A stretch of 64,000 nt of DNA from a virus (taxonomy: Duplodnaviria > Heunggongvirae > Uroviricota > Caudoviricetes): the IMG/VR virus record IMGVR_UViG_3300050821_004987, positions 64,577 to 128,576 of that record. One strand, given 5' to 3'. Made by a program: the position numbers and the translations under genes. A model generated the notes under the pieces. It was not told the DNA's origin, did not search any database, and was given only the letters and a program-made list of their open reading frames with translations. This document shows, in pieces, positions 28,617 through 36,777 of this stretch (position 1 is its first letter; every line of letters begins with the position of its first letter).

Positions 28617-29332
28617 TCTTGTCACGAGTTATGAGAGAGAAAGATTACGACGAGCTGAAAGACGAAGGCCGCGTGATCACAGAGCTACACGACGAGATCA
28701 ATATGTGGCACGATACCCAGCACCATCATAGGCTATGGGAGTATGCACTAGCTCAGAAGGCTTTGAAAGGTGTTTATGGAGACTATGGAAGTAAGATCGG
28801 TTTACGAGTAGCAGACTTCGGATGTGGTGCCGGCTATTTGAGTCCAATTCTCTACAAGCTTGGGCATCATGTGTTCATGTACGATTGCTGGACGTTTCCG
28901 AATCAAGAAGAGTTTGCAATGGAGCAGATGAGAAGGATAGAACCTACGGGTGGATCCTATGAGATGCGGAATCGTTCGCTGGGCAGTCTGGTGGAAGAAG
29001 ACAAAGGCATGGACGCAGCCTTTTGTATATCGACACTCGAGCACATTAAGGACTATCGGAAGGCTTTTCGGGATCTACTGAGTACGGTCAAGCCAAGAGG
29101 ATTGGTATTTTTGACAACAGACTTTGGGACACATGAGACAGACGACTACAAGTGGGCCAATCTGCGGGCAGGAAAGATGTTTACAGCAGATACTTACAAC
29201 GAGTTGTACGCCATTGCTAGAGGATTGAATTTCGCAACAGTTCAAGGTGCGGCTGATTGGAAATGGGACGAGAGTTGTCGTTTGGTTTCAGATTATGGAT
29301 TCGCTTCTATGGCCCTTTGGAGATTATCATGA
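28613..29332 (+). CDS. Class I SAM-dependent methyltransferase
   Basis: 'VADFGCGAGYLSPIL...HHVFMYDC' motif I and post-I region. ATGA-coupled. Confidence 0.65.
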   Translation: MILSRVMREKDYDELKDEGRVITELHDEINMWHDTQHHHRLWEYALAQKALKGVYGDYGSKIGLRVADFGCGAGYLSPILYKLGHHVFMYDCWTFPNQEEFAMEQMRRIEPTGGSYEMRNRSLGSLVEEDKGMDAAFCISTLEHIKDYRKAFRDLLSTVKPRGLVFLTTDFGTHETDDYKWANLRAGKMFTADTYNELYAIARGLNFATVQGAADWKWDESCRLVSDYGFASMALWRLS

Positions 29333-29811
29333 GTGAGTTACTGCAAGCTCAGAGAATAGCTCGTCCCATCTTGGCTCGTATATTGCGTAATCGACCAGAT
29401 GATGTAGATGATGTATTACAGACGGCCTCTCTTAGGGCATTCGACAAGATGGGGCAGTTTGAGCACCGATCGAAATTTTCGTCTTGGTTCGTACGCATAG
29501 CTATCAGATCAGCTTTGATGCATTTGCGTACGAAAGAAATAAAGCACGAGCATCAATATATTCCTGTCGATGATCTAGATAAGCTTTCTGTTTTCGATCA
29601 AGAGACTCCAGAAGACTTTGTGATTAGAAAAGAGCTAGAGGATCATAGGAGAGAACGCCTCCACAAAGCGATACGGCTTTTAACACCGAAGCGTCAGAGA
29701 ACGATTTACGCTTATCTAGAAGATAGGCATACGAATACGTCAGCAGAAAAAGGAAGGTTGCACGCAGCTCGTGTACAGTTAAAGATGATTCTTACGGGAG
29801 AGAAAGCATGA
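29329..29811 (+). CDS. ECF-like sigma-70 family sigma factor
   Basis: Region 2 'DVDDVLQTASLRAFDKMGQFEHRSKFSSWFVRIAIRSALMHLR'. Region 4 'LTPKRQRTIYAYLEDRHTNTSAEKGRLHAARVQL'. Confidence 0.65.
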   Translation: MSELLQAQRIARPILARILRNRPDDVDDVLQTASLRAFDKMGQFEHRSKFSSWFVRIAIRSALMHLRTKEIKHEHQYIPVDDLDKLSVFDQETPEDFVIRKELEDHRRERLHKAIRLLTPKRQRTIYAYLEDRHTNTSAEKGRLHAARVQLKMILTGEKA

Positions 29812-30764
29812 TGAAAGTTGCACTGATAACGGGAGCATTTGGTCAGGACGGCTCGTACCTTACAGAGCATCTACTTGGGCTAGGGTACAGAGTTTTCAAA
29901 GGAACGAGAAGGGTACTCGACACACCAGATGAGATGGCAGTGTACTGCGACGTCCGAGACGAACTCAGCATTCGATCAGCAATAAAGAAAGCATGGCCCG
30001 ATGAGATTTATAATCTAGCCGGCCAAGTCTACGTCCCGATCAGTTGGGAACAGCCAGCAGAGACGTTCGATGTGAACACGAGTGGGCTGGCCAGGATTTT
30101 GAAAGTAGTCGAGCAAGTGAAGAAAGATACAAAGGTCTATCAAGCATCCAGCTCGGAGATGTTCGGTAATCATGAAGGCACTTGTAACGATCAGACGCCG
30201 ATGAATCCGACATCGCCGTATGGAGTTTCGAAATACGCAGCTCACAGATTGGTCAGCTTGTACAGGAGTAAGGGTCTGTACGTAGTGGCGGGAATTCTTT
30301 TCAATCACGAGAGCCCACGCCGTGGACATGAGATGGTGACGAGAAAGATCGCGCATCAATGTGCTCAGTGGGCACATGGATCAAAAGATATGTTGTCGTT
30401 GGGTAATATGGACTCGAGAAGGGACTGGGGTTTCGCTGGTGAGTACGTCAAGGCAATGCAATTAATGCTCCAGCCAGAGATCGCAACCGATTACGTTCTC
30501 GGAACGGGAGAGTCACATTCTGTCGCCGATTTCCTGGACGCAGCTCGGATAGAGATGGGTCTTGACGAAGACTTTGTGAAGGGGCATACTATTACCGACA
30601 CAAGGCTCACCAGAACGCAGGAAATCTACAACATGCGGGCAGACAATACCAAAGCACGGGTTTGTCTAGGTTGGGAATCAGAGATTGGTTTCCGGGAGTT
30701 GGTGCGGTTGATGACTTGGGAGGAGTTCAATAAGTTGCTTGGAAAGGAAAAGGTGACAGCATGA
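29808..30764 (+). CDS. gmd: GDP-mannose 4,6-dehydratase
   Basis: 'KVALITGAFGQDGSYLTEHLL', 'YGVSKYAAHRLV', 'GILFNHESPRRG...RKIA...LGNMDSRRDWGFAGEYV' align closely with Gmd. Confidence 0.85.
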   Translation: MMKVALITGAFGQDGSYLTEHLLGLGYRVFKGTRRVLDTPDEMAVYCDVRDELSIRSAIKKAWPDEIYNLAGQVYVPISWEQPAETFDVNTSGLARILKVVEQVKKDTKVYQASSSEMFGNHEGTCNDQTPMNPTSPYGVSKYAAHRLVSLYRSKGLYVVAGILFNHESPRRGHEMVTRKIAHQCAQWAHGSKDMLSLGNMDSRRDWGFAGEYVKAMQLMLQPEIATDYVLGTGESHSVADFLDAARIEMGLDEDFVKGHTITDTRLTRTQEIYNMRADNTKARVCLGWESEIGFRELVRLMTWEEFNKLLGKEKVTA

Positions 30765-30931
30765 AAGACATTCTACAGCCAGTGAATACGACACAGTCGT
30801 CTTCGCCTTCGATTACTCATGCAGCAATGGAGCCAGCAAACTGGCGGGCTCAAGGTCAGACGGACGTTCAGCAAGCGGTGAAAGACAATCCGACGAAGAA
30901 TCCGATCTGTCCAAAGTCAGTGACAAAGTGA
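30761..30931 (+). CDS. Small hypothetical protein (56 aa)
   Basis: ATGA start. Ends in a GTGA overlap with the next gene. Confidence 0.25.
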   Translation: MKDILQPVNTTQSSSPSITHAAMEPANWRAQGQTDVQQAVKDNPTKNPICPKSVTK

Positions 30932-31557
30932 ATCTGGCAAACACATTACGGTTACAGAATCTGAAGGCAGCGAACGCCGGAGCACAAGCGACAGTCGCCG
31001 ACTCCAGGTCTGCGGATGAATGGGTGAAACGTTGGCTGGACGACAAGAATAGAAGGCTGAACGATTTGCGAGCACGGTTGCATAATTTGCTAGATCATCC
31101 GCCAGCTTTGGACGAGTACTTGCGTCCGGAGATAAAGGCAGCGTATCGCAATGACAAAAACAACGGACCAAAAGATCAGATGCCAGGAAGGGTTGCCGGG
31201 ACAGGAAATTGGGCTGTGGTATCTCCGGAAGGAGAAATTATCAGTCGTTGGCCAACAAAGGCTGAAGCAGATGCTGCTGCATGGCCAGCATGGAGAGGTA
31301 TCAAGCCATCAGCAACGGGGGCATCGGGCGGAGCACGAGTAGTCAGACTAAGGCGTGTATCGGCCGCAGACATCTTTGAAGATGTAGAGCATGGGGATAA
31401 GACGAGACGCAAGTTTCTGAAGAAAGATAAGCCACAGATCGTCAAGGACGCCGACATATTGAGACTCAGAGATCGAAGGCCGTCTAGTCACGGTCAGGGT
31501 TCAGCCGGTACGGGTGGAGCTGGAGCTGGTGGTGCCGGTGGCGGAGTCGGAATCTAA
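30928..31557 (+). CDS. MNLAxTI N-terminal family protein (Gly-rich C-terminus)
   Basis: GTG start giving 'MNLANTLRLQ'. C-terminus 'GSAGTGGAGAGGAGGGVGI'. Confidence 0.4.
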   Translation: MNLANTLRLQNLKAANAGAQATVADSRSADEWVKRWLDDKNRRLNDLRARLHNLLDHPPALDEYLRPEIKAAYRNDKNNGPKDQMPGRVAGTGNWAVVSPEGEIISRWPTKAEADAAAWPAWRGIKPSATGASGGARVVRLRRVSAADIFEDVEHGDKTRRKFLKKDKPQIVKDADILRLRDRRPSSHGQGSAGTGGAGAGGAGGGVGI

Positions 31558-31569
31558 AAGGAGATTAAA

Positions 31570-31770
31570 ATGGCATTTCACATAGCGCCGTTGATCAGAG
31601 AGATGGAAAACGCAAGAGTTTCTGTAGGACTGCTATCGAGTCCAAATTCGACTGGCTATACGCAGCGTGTAGCACAAGAAGGCGTGACACAGCCGACGCC
31701 TTTGGTTACTCCGAATGGTGGGATCGGGAATTTCTGGTTCGCAAATCAAAAAACAGCACCAGCACTATAG
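31570..31770 (+). CDS. Small hypothetical protein
   Basis: RBS AAAAGGAGA before the ATG. 66 aa. Confidence 0.3.
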   Translation: MAFHIAPLIREMENARVSVGLLSSPNSTGYTQRVAQEGVTQPTPLVTPNGGIGNFWFANQKTAPAL

Positions 31771-31778
31771 GAGGCTGT

Positions 31779-31991
31779 ATGGATAAGCAGCCAAAGAGAA
31801 AAGAAGGGAACTTCATCAATTTGAAAGCTCCCGGTCCGACATCAGCCGTCGGGATTCAAGATATAGCTCTGGGTTGTTGGTCTACGTTTGGCGCACATGA
31901 GAGAACGGACGTAGCCAAGAAGATAGCCGAGCAGCCCAGATTGAATCCGGTAGATCCTAAGACGCTGAAGTCGGGTGGGGAGCTATCATGA
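31779..31991 (+). CDS. Small hypothetical protein
   Basis: RBS GGAGGCTGT. 70 aa. Confidence 0.3.
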   Translation: MDKQPKRKEGNFINLKAPGPTSAVGIQDIALGCWSTFGAHERTDVAKKIAEQPRLNPVDPKTLKSGGELS

Positions 31992-32245
31992 ATCTGGCAC
32001 AGACGATCAAGGTCTACATTCCATTGCCAGAGATTCAGGCCTTCATTGTCCGGAGTGGAGACAAGCACTGCGTGAAATCACACTCCGGAAAGAACTTGGG
32101 TTGTTATCAGTCTGCTGGTGGAGCAAAGAAAAGGTTAAAGCAAGTGGAGTATTTCAAACACGTAAAGGCAGCAGACGACGATACTTACTATGGGCCAAAT
32201 TCAGGTGGTATGGGTCCATCGGAAGCGCTTGGGAGTCCGGAATGA
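31988..32245 (+). CDS. MNLAxTI N-terminal family small protein
   Basis: ATGA-coupled. 'MNLAQTIKVYIPLPEIQAF'. Confidence 0.35.
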   Translation: MNLAQTIKVYIPLPEIQAFIVRSGDKHCVKSHSGKNLGCYQSAGGAKKRLKQVEYFKHVKAADDDTYYGPNSGGMGPSEALGSPE

Positions 32246-32835
32246 ATTTAGCAACAACAATCTTGCTGGCTGAGTCTGCGATCGCTCCGACGCACAGACA
32301 TCATGCGGTGATGTCGCCACACATGCGAGAGAAAGGCGGGCATACACACAGCGAGGTCAAGAGAGAGCATGTCAAACATTCTGCTGGGCATCACAGTGGG
32401 AAGCATGGAGTCCGACATAGTGGATTGAAGCATGGGAAGCCTGGTGGGAAGGGATTGCCAATAACGCATGTGAAAGTGCATCTGGTGAAGCCACACTTCA
32501 TCAAAGCTGATGCTTCGGCCAGCGATGTAGCTAATCATCATTCGATGCAAGAGCCATCAGCTTCGGATGTACAGATGTTACATTGGAAGACGAAGAGGGT
32601 CTTCGAGAAGATCAGGAAAAGAAATCTAGATCCATACGAAGCGTTGAAGGCTTCCAAGGAGACGGGTCCTTGTGGCTGTACGTTGAAGTTGGGTGAGAGA
32701 GTGACAGTGGACGGAGTGGGACGGGGAAAGATCAAAAGCAGGAATGAGAGGATGCTGACGGTGGCGTTGGACAATGGTCGTAATAGAGTAGTTGACCAGA
32801 AGTTCGTGCATCGTATGGCATCGGCACGAAGATAG
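32242..32835 (+). CDS. MNLAxTI N-terminal family protein with His-rich segment
   Basis: ATGA-coupled ATG inside the track ORF 31975..32835. 'MNLATTILLAE...HRHHAVMSPHMREKGGHTHSEVKREHVKHSAGHHSGKHGVRHSGLKHGK'. Confidence 0.4.
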   Translation: MNLATTILLAESAIAPTHRHHAVMSPHMREKGGHTHSEVKREHVKHSAGHHSGKHGVRHSGLKHGKPGGKGLPITHVKVHLVKPHFIKADASASDVANHHSMQEPSASDVQMLHWKTKRVFEKIRKRNLDPYEALKASKETGPCGCTLKLGERVTVDGVGRGKIKSRNERMLTVALDNGRNRVVDQKFVHRMASARR

Positions 32836-32859
32836 CCGATAGAAAGCAGGAACGTTTGA

Positions 32860-33141
32860 ATGGAGTATAAGCAACAGACAAGAGAGGTACACGTTGGAGA
32901 CGTTGTCATCTATCACAATCCGGTGGCCAAGCCTTTCAAGGCTTTGGTTACCGCGGTGTGGTCGGCAGTTTGCCTTAACGTCGTCGTCATTTCAGATGAT
33001 GCAGCTAAGACAGATCCGTACGGGCGTCAGATCGAACGGTTTACATCATTGTCGTGGGGAGGTAACATGACAGTGCATGGAAACTACTGGCGCTTCGAAG
33101 ATGAAGAGCCAAATCCAATAGCGGTACCAGCAGAGAAATAA
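32860..33141 (+). CDS. Hypothetical protein
   Basis: 93-aa ORF. Confidence 0.3.
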   Translation: MEYKQQTREVHVGDVVIYHNPVAKPFKALVTAVWSAVCLNVVVISDDAAKTDPYGRQIERFTSLSWGGNMTVHGNYWRFEDEEPNPIAVPAEK

Positions 33142-33199
33142 AGGATGGCGTGAGTGGGAACCGACGAGGGACCTAAGGCTCACGCAAAGGAGATAAAGA

Positions 33200-33400
33200 A
33201 TGGCACATACGCTCGACGTGCAAAAACTTCCGCAAGTATTCGAGGCGTTGAGAGAGAATCAACATAGGTTGACGCCTTGGGAATGCGATCGACTAGAAGA
33301 ATGGGAAGTTAGATATGAGAGAGATCCAGCAAATAAAATTTTCACAGATCCAGAAAGTAAAGTGATGGAGATCATCGAGCGGATGTATCTAAAGGTTTGA
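33200..33400 (+). CDS. Small hypothetical protein
   Basis: RBS AAGGAGATAAAGA. 66 aa. Confidence 0.3.
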   Translation: MAHTLDVQKLPQVFEALRENQHRLTPWECDRLEEWEVRYERDPANKIFTDPESKVMEIIERMYLKV

Positions 33401-33401
33401 C

Positions 33402-33806
33402 ATGAACATCATTGAGACAATGTTGTTTCAGGCAAATTCGATCTCGCACCCAGATTCCGAAGACACGACAGTGTGTGTTGATTTCGACGGCGTATTGTGT
33501 GAATCGAGTGGTCCTTACAACAGAGGACATTTCGGGCCACCGATTACAGAAGGATTGAAGCTGTTGAGACTTTGTCTGGAGCACAATTACACGGTCGTTA
33601 TTCTCACAGCCAGAAAGGAAACAGATTTGGTAGCTGGTTGGCTTAGGAAGCAGGGCTTCCCACATATGTTCGTGACAAATACGAAGGTTCCAGCATCTGC
33701 GTATTTGGATGATAGAGCGATACCGTGGGCTGCAGGAAAATCGAAGGCTGATGATGCGATCAAGTTTGTGAAAGATCCAAGGGCGACGTTGGGACTTCAT
33801 GTATGA
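33402..33806 (+). CDS. HAD-superfamily phosphatase-like protein
   Basis: 'VCVDFDGVLCE' is a DxD motif I. 'VVILTARKE' is a motif II-like Thr. 'YLDDRAIPW' is a motif IV-like. Confidence 0.45.
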   Translation: MNIIETMLFQANSISHPDSEDTTVCVDFDGVLCESSGPYNRGHFGPPITEGLKLLRLCLEHNYTVVILTARKETDLVAGWLRKQGFPHMFVTNTKVPASAYLDDRAIPWAAGKSKADDAIKFVKDPRATLGLHV

Positions 33807-34078
33807 AACAATCAGTAACAAAGATCGACGAAGAGTTAAGAGCAGCTGCCCGGGATTTGAAAGTTGTCTTGATGGAGTACAAGTCCGAGCAGGCAGATCC
33901 AGACGAGTCGGCTACTACGTACAAGGTCGAGCCATACAGTTATCGTAACGGTGGTAAGACATTCTTCGGCTTCGATCAGACGGCCAGATCGATCAAGGCT
34001 TTCAAGGTGGCGAACATCGTGAACGTCAAACAAACAGACGAGACGTACAAGCCACAGTGGCCGGTGGAGTTGAAATGA
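33803..34078 (+). CDS. Hypothetical protein
   Basis: ATGA-coupled. 91 aa. Confidence 0.3.
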   Translation: MKQSVTKIDEELRAAARDLKVVLMEYKSEQADPDESATTYKVEPYSYRNGGKTFFGFDQTARSIKAFKVANIVNVKQTDETYKPQWPVELK

Positions 34079-34761
34079 ATCTGGCAGTTACGATTTCTCT
34101 TTTAGCGGGTGGTCCCGGTTCCGGATGTAATCCAGCAGTGGGAAAGTGTGGTCGTTCTGCTTCTGCTAGAGATTTTGTTAAGAGTAGTTTAAGAAAAGGT
34201 TGGAGTATTAAAGACCGAGAAGCTCTTTTGAAAGAAGCAGATAAGATAAAGTTAGATAGCAGACTATTACAAGGGAAGCTATCTGTCATTCCTTTATCCT
34301 TGAAAGAAGCACAAGATCGTGGGCAGAAAGCTTTTTTCGATAGAAGTAGTAATCCTAACAACGAGCTTCATGTTTACCCAAAGTTTACAGATACTTTTGT
34401 TCATGAATTTGGTCATTGGTTAGACAAGAATTATGTTGATTTATCTAATAAGGGAACGCCGTCGGTTTCCAGACTTGGAATAGATAAGAAAGCTCTAGTT
34501 CTTGCTAAGAACGCAGCTCATGATGAGTATGTCCGAGCTCACGATTCAGCTTATAGAACTAAAGGTTATTTTAAGAATGTCGATGACCAGATGTCACAAG
34601 CGCCCCACGGGGTTAGTTTTTATGCTTTACATAACGAAAGAGAATGGTTTGCGGAATCTTTTGCACATTATGTGGCTGGTGGATCTCAAAGATCCTATTT
34701 AAGAGATGTAGCTCCTAAAACATACGCTTTGATGAACGACTTAGCGAATGGCTTAAAATGA
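34075..34761 (+). CDS. MNLAxTI / GGPGSGC family putative zinc metallopeptidase
   Basis: 'MNLAVTISLLAGGPGSGCNPAVGKCGRS' N-terminus. 'FVHEFGHWLD' HExxH zincin motif. Confidence 0.5.
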   Translation: MNLAVTISLLAGGPGSGCNPAVGKCGRSASARDFVKSSLRKGWSIKDREALLKEADKIKLDSRLLQGKLSVIPLSLKEAQDRGQKAFFDRSSNPNNELHVYPKFTDTFVHEFGHWLDKNYVDLSNKGTPSVSRLGIDKKALVLAKNAAHDEYVRAHDSAYRTKGYFKNVDDQMSQAPHGVSFYALHNEREWFAESFAHYVAGGSQRSYLRDVAPKTYALMNDLANGLK

Positions 34762-35489
34762 ACTTAGCGGCCACAATCGAGATCTACTCGAACCGGAAGC
34801 TTCATAAACGGCTGAAGTTTCAAGGGCTGGATATCTCTGTTGAGAACAAAGCCGGTTCGACGAGACGGGGAGTAGCTCCGGGTTGGGGTCCTTGGTCGAC
34901 GAAGATGAAGTTCGACTATGGTTACATAAAAGGTTCAAAGGGAATGGATGGTGGTGGGGTTGATTGTTTCATCGGGCCTAACCCAGCAGCAAAGAATGCG
35001 TTCGTCGTACATATTTTGAAGCAACCCGATTTTAAGACATACGATGAAGATAAAGTGATGCTGGGATTCAATTCCAAGAAAGAGGCCAAAGATGCTTTTA
35101 TGGCTCATTACGATAGCCCTAAGTTTTATGGCGGGATGGATGTACTCCGGATGGGTGAGTTCAAAAGGAAAGTCCTTGAGACTGCGACTACGGGCCCTCA
35201 TAAGATAGAAGCATGGGGAGAGCCTCAGGTTTATGATGGAGGATACCAGCATATAGCCGATACGCAAGTGATGTTCCATCCGCCGAGTCTGAAGAAAGCA
35301 AAGCCAGTGCCAGTCGACGATCCCATGGAAGAAGATAACCAGTTCCTAGATGTAACAAAACGGAAAGAGAGAGCGACGAAAGCCTTCCGGGATCGACTAA
35401 CAAAGCAACACACAGATGCTAATATGAAACCCTTGAATCGTACTCTCGTTTCTGGATTTCCCGCGATTGGTGTTGGTGGGTTTGGTTGA
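34758..35489 (+). CDS. MNLAxTI N-terminal family protein
   Basis: ATGA-coupled. 'MNLAATIEIYSNRK'. Confidence 0.4.
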   Translation: MNLAATIEIYSNRKLHKRLKFQGLDISVENKAGSTRRGVAPGWGPWSTKMKFDYGYIKGSKGMDGGGVDCFIGPNPAAKNAFVVHILKQPDFKTYDEDKVMLGFNSKKEAKDAFMAHYDSPKFYGGMDVLRMGEFKRKVLETATTGPHKIEAWGEPQVYDGGYQHIADTQVMFHPPSLKKAKPVPVDDPMEEDNQFLDVTKRKERATKAFRDRLTKQHTDANMKPLNRTLVSGFPAIGVGGFG

Positions 35490-36232
35490 TGGCTAGAAAA
35501 GCAATTAGGTGTAGATTTTGTCGTAATAGATTTGTTCCATATAGACTTGCGCAGACTTGTGATGAATGTAGGAATGCGAAACCATTTTGTCGATGTGGCT
35601 GTGGTCTAAGGGTTTTGTCCATGGTAGAGCGCAAAGGGGGTAAGATAGCTAAATATTTGCCTAGTCATAATGTCAATCTTTATGCCATAGAGAAGGGTGA
35701 GCAGTTAGCACGTGGTCGAGATGCCTATTGGAAAAATTTAACAAAGAAGGAACGACTAGAAGTTAAGAAAAGAAATTCTGAGAAAACTAAGAAGGTCTGG
35801 GCTTCGGGTGCTTATGATAATCAAGCGAAGAAGCTAAAAGATAGATGGGAGAATCTTTCAGCGAAAGAACGTGAAGTTCAAGTAAGAGCAGCTAGATCTG
35901 GTGCTCGCGTCAAGCCAAATAGGGCAGAAAGAAGATTGAACGAGATTCTTAGTAATAGTTTTCCCGGTGAGTTTAGAATGAATGTTCTTGGAAAAGTTAT
36001 AGTAGATGGTAGAGTTCCAGATTTTGTGAATGTGAACGGAAAGAAAGTTCTGGTAGAGCTGTTTGGAAATTACTGGCATGGAGAAGAGCGACGTGGGCAT
36101 TCTGAAAGGGAGGAAGAGCGGGAAAGAAAGAGTCATTTTAAGAAGTGGGGTTTTAAGACAGCGATCGTTTGGGAAAGGGACTTGAAAGATGAGAAGCTAG
36201 TAGAGAAAAAAGTTCGGGCGGTGTTGGCTTGA
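35486..36232 (+). CDS. Second DUF559/Vsr-like endonuclease with zinc-ribbon and NUMOD-like repeats
   Basis: 'CRFCRNRF...CDECRN...CRCGCG' zinc ribbon. 'VNGKKVLVELFGNYWHGEERRGHSER...KKWGFKTAIVWERDL' DUF559 core. Paralogue of ORF 19381. Confidence 0.55.
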   Translation: MMARKAIRCRFCRNRFVPYRLAQTCDECRNAKPFCRCGCGLRVLSMVERKGGKIAKYLPSHNVNLYAIEKGEQLARGRDAYWKNLTKKERLEVKKRNSEKTKKVWASGAYDNQAKKLKDRWENLSAKEREVQVRAARSGARVKPNRAERRLNEILSNSFPGEFRMNVLGKVIVDGRVPDFVNVNGKKVLVELFGNYWHGEERRGHSEREEERERKSHFKKWGFKTAIVWERDLKDEKLVEKKVRAVLA

Positions 36233-36777
36233 GTCAAGACTTCGAGAAGGAACTGGACGAGCTGTTAGACGAGATCTTCGCATCAGAAGACGAGACTACA
36301 GATCCAGGTCCAGACAAGTACAACGAGAAGGACGAAGCCAGAAAAAGAGAGCTGATGCAACAGATGGCCTTCTATGCAGAAGAAGGCCCGACATGGGACC
36401 CAGAAGGAAAGTATCTTTGTGGGACTTGCTACTACAGACAGGTAATGGACTGGGCAGACCTTCCTGCTTGTTATATAGTCGAAGGAGATATTTCACTAGA
36501 GGCCGGTAGCTGTCAGTTCTACCGGCATGGGAATCCTGATTCGGAATGGAATCCGATTCCGATGAAGGAGAAGTACACGAAGGAAGCAGCGAACTATGCC
36601 GAGCGACCGAAGGAAAAAGGATTCGGTTGTTTCCCAAGATGTGAGTACGCAGCTCCAGCAGAAGGAAAAGATTCAGATGGAAGAGAGATTTGGTGTGGAG
36701 AGTTCAAGGTCCATGTTAGAGCGAAAGCCTGTTGCACTTTTGAGGACGGGAAAGATTTGGTGCAGATAAAAACATGA
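36229..36777 (+). CDS. Hypothetical Cys-containing acidic protein
   Basis: 182-aa ORF, ATGA-coupled. Confidence 0.35.
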   Translation: MSQDFEKELDELLDEIFASEDETTDPGPDKYNEKDEARKRELMQQMAFYAEEGPTWDPEGKYLCGTCYYRQVMDWADLPACYIVEGDISLEAGSCQFYRHGNPDSEWNPIPMKEKYTKEAANYAERPKEKGFGCFPRCEYAAPAEGKDSDGREIWCGEFKVHVRAKACCTFEDGKDLVQIKT

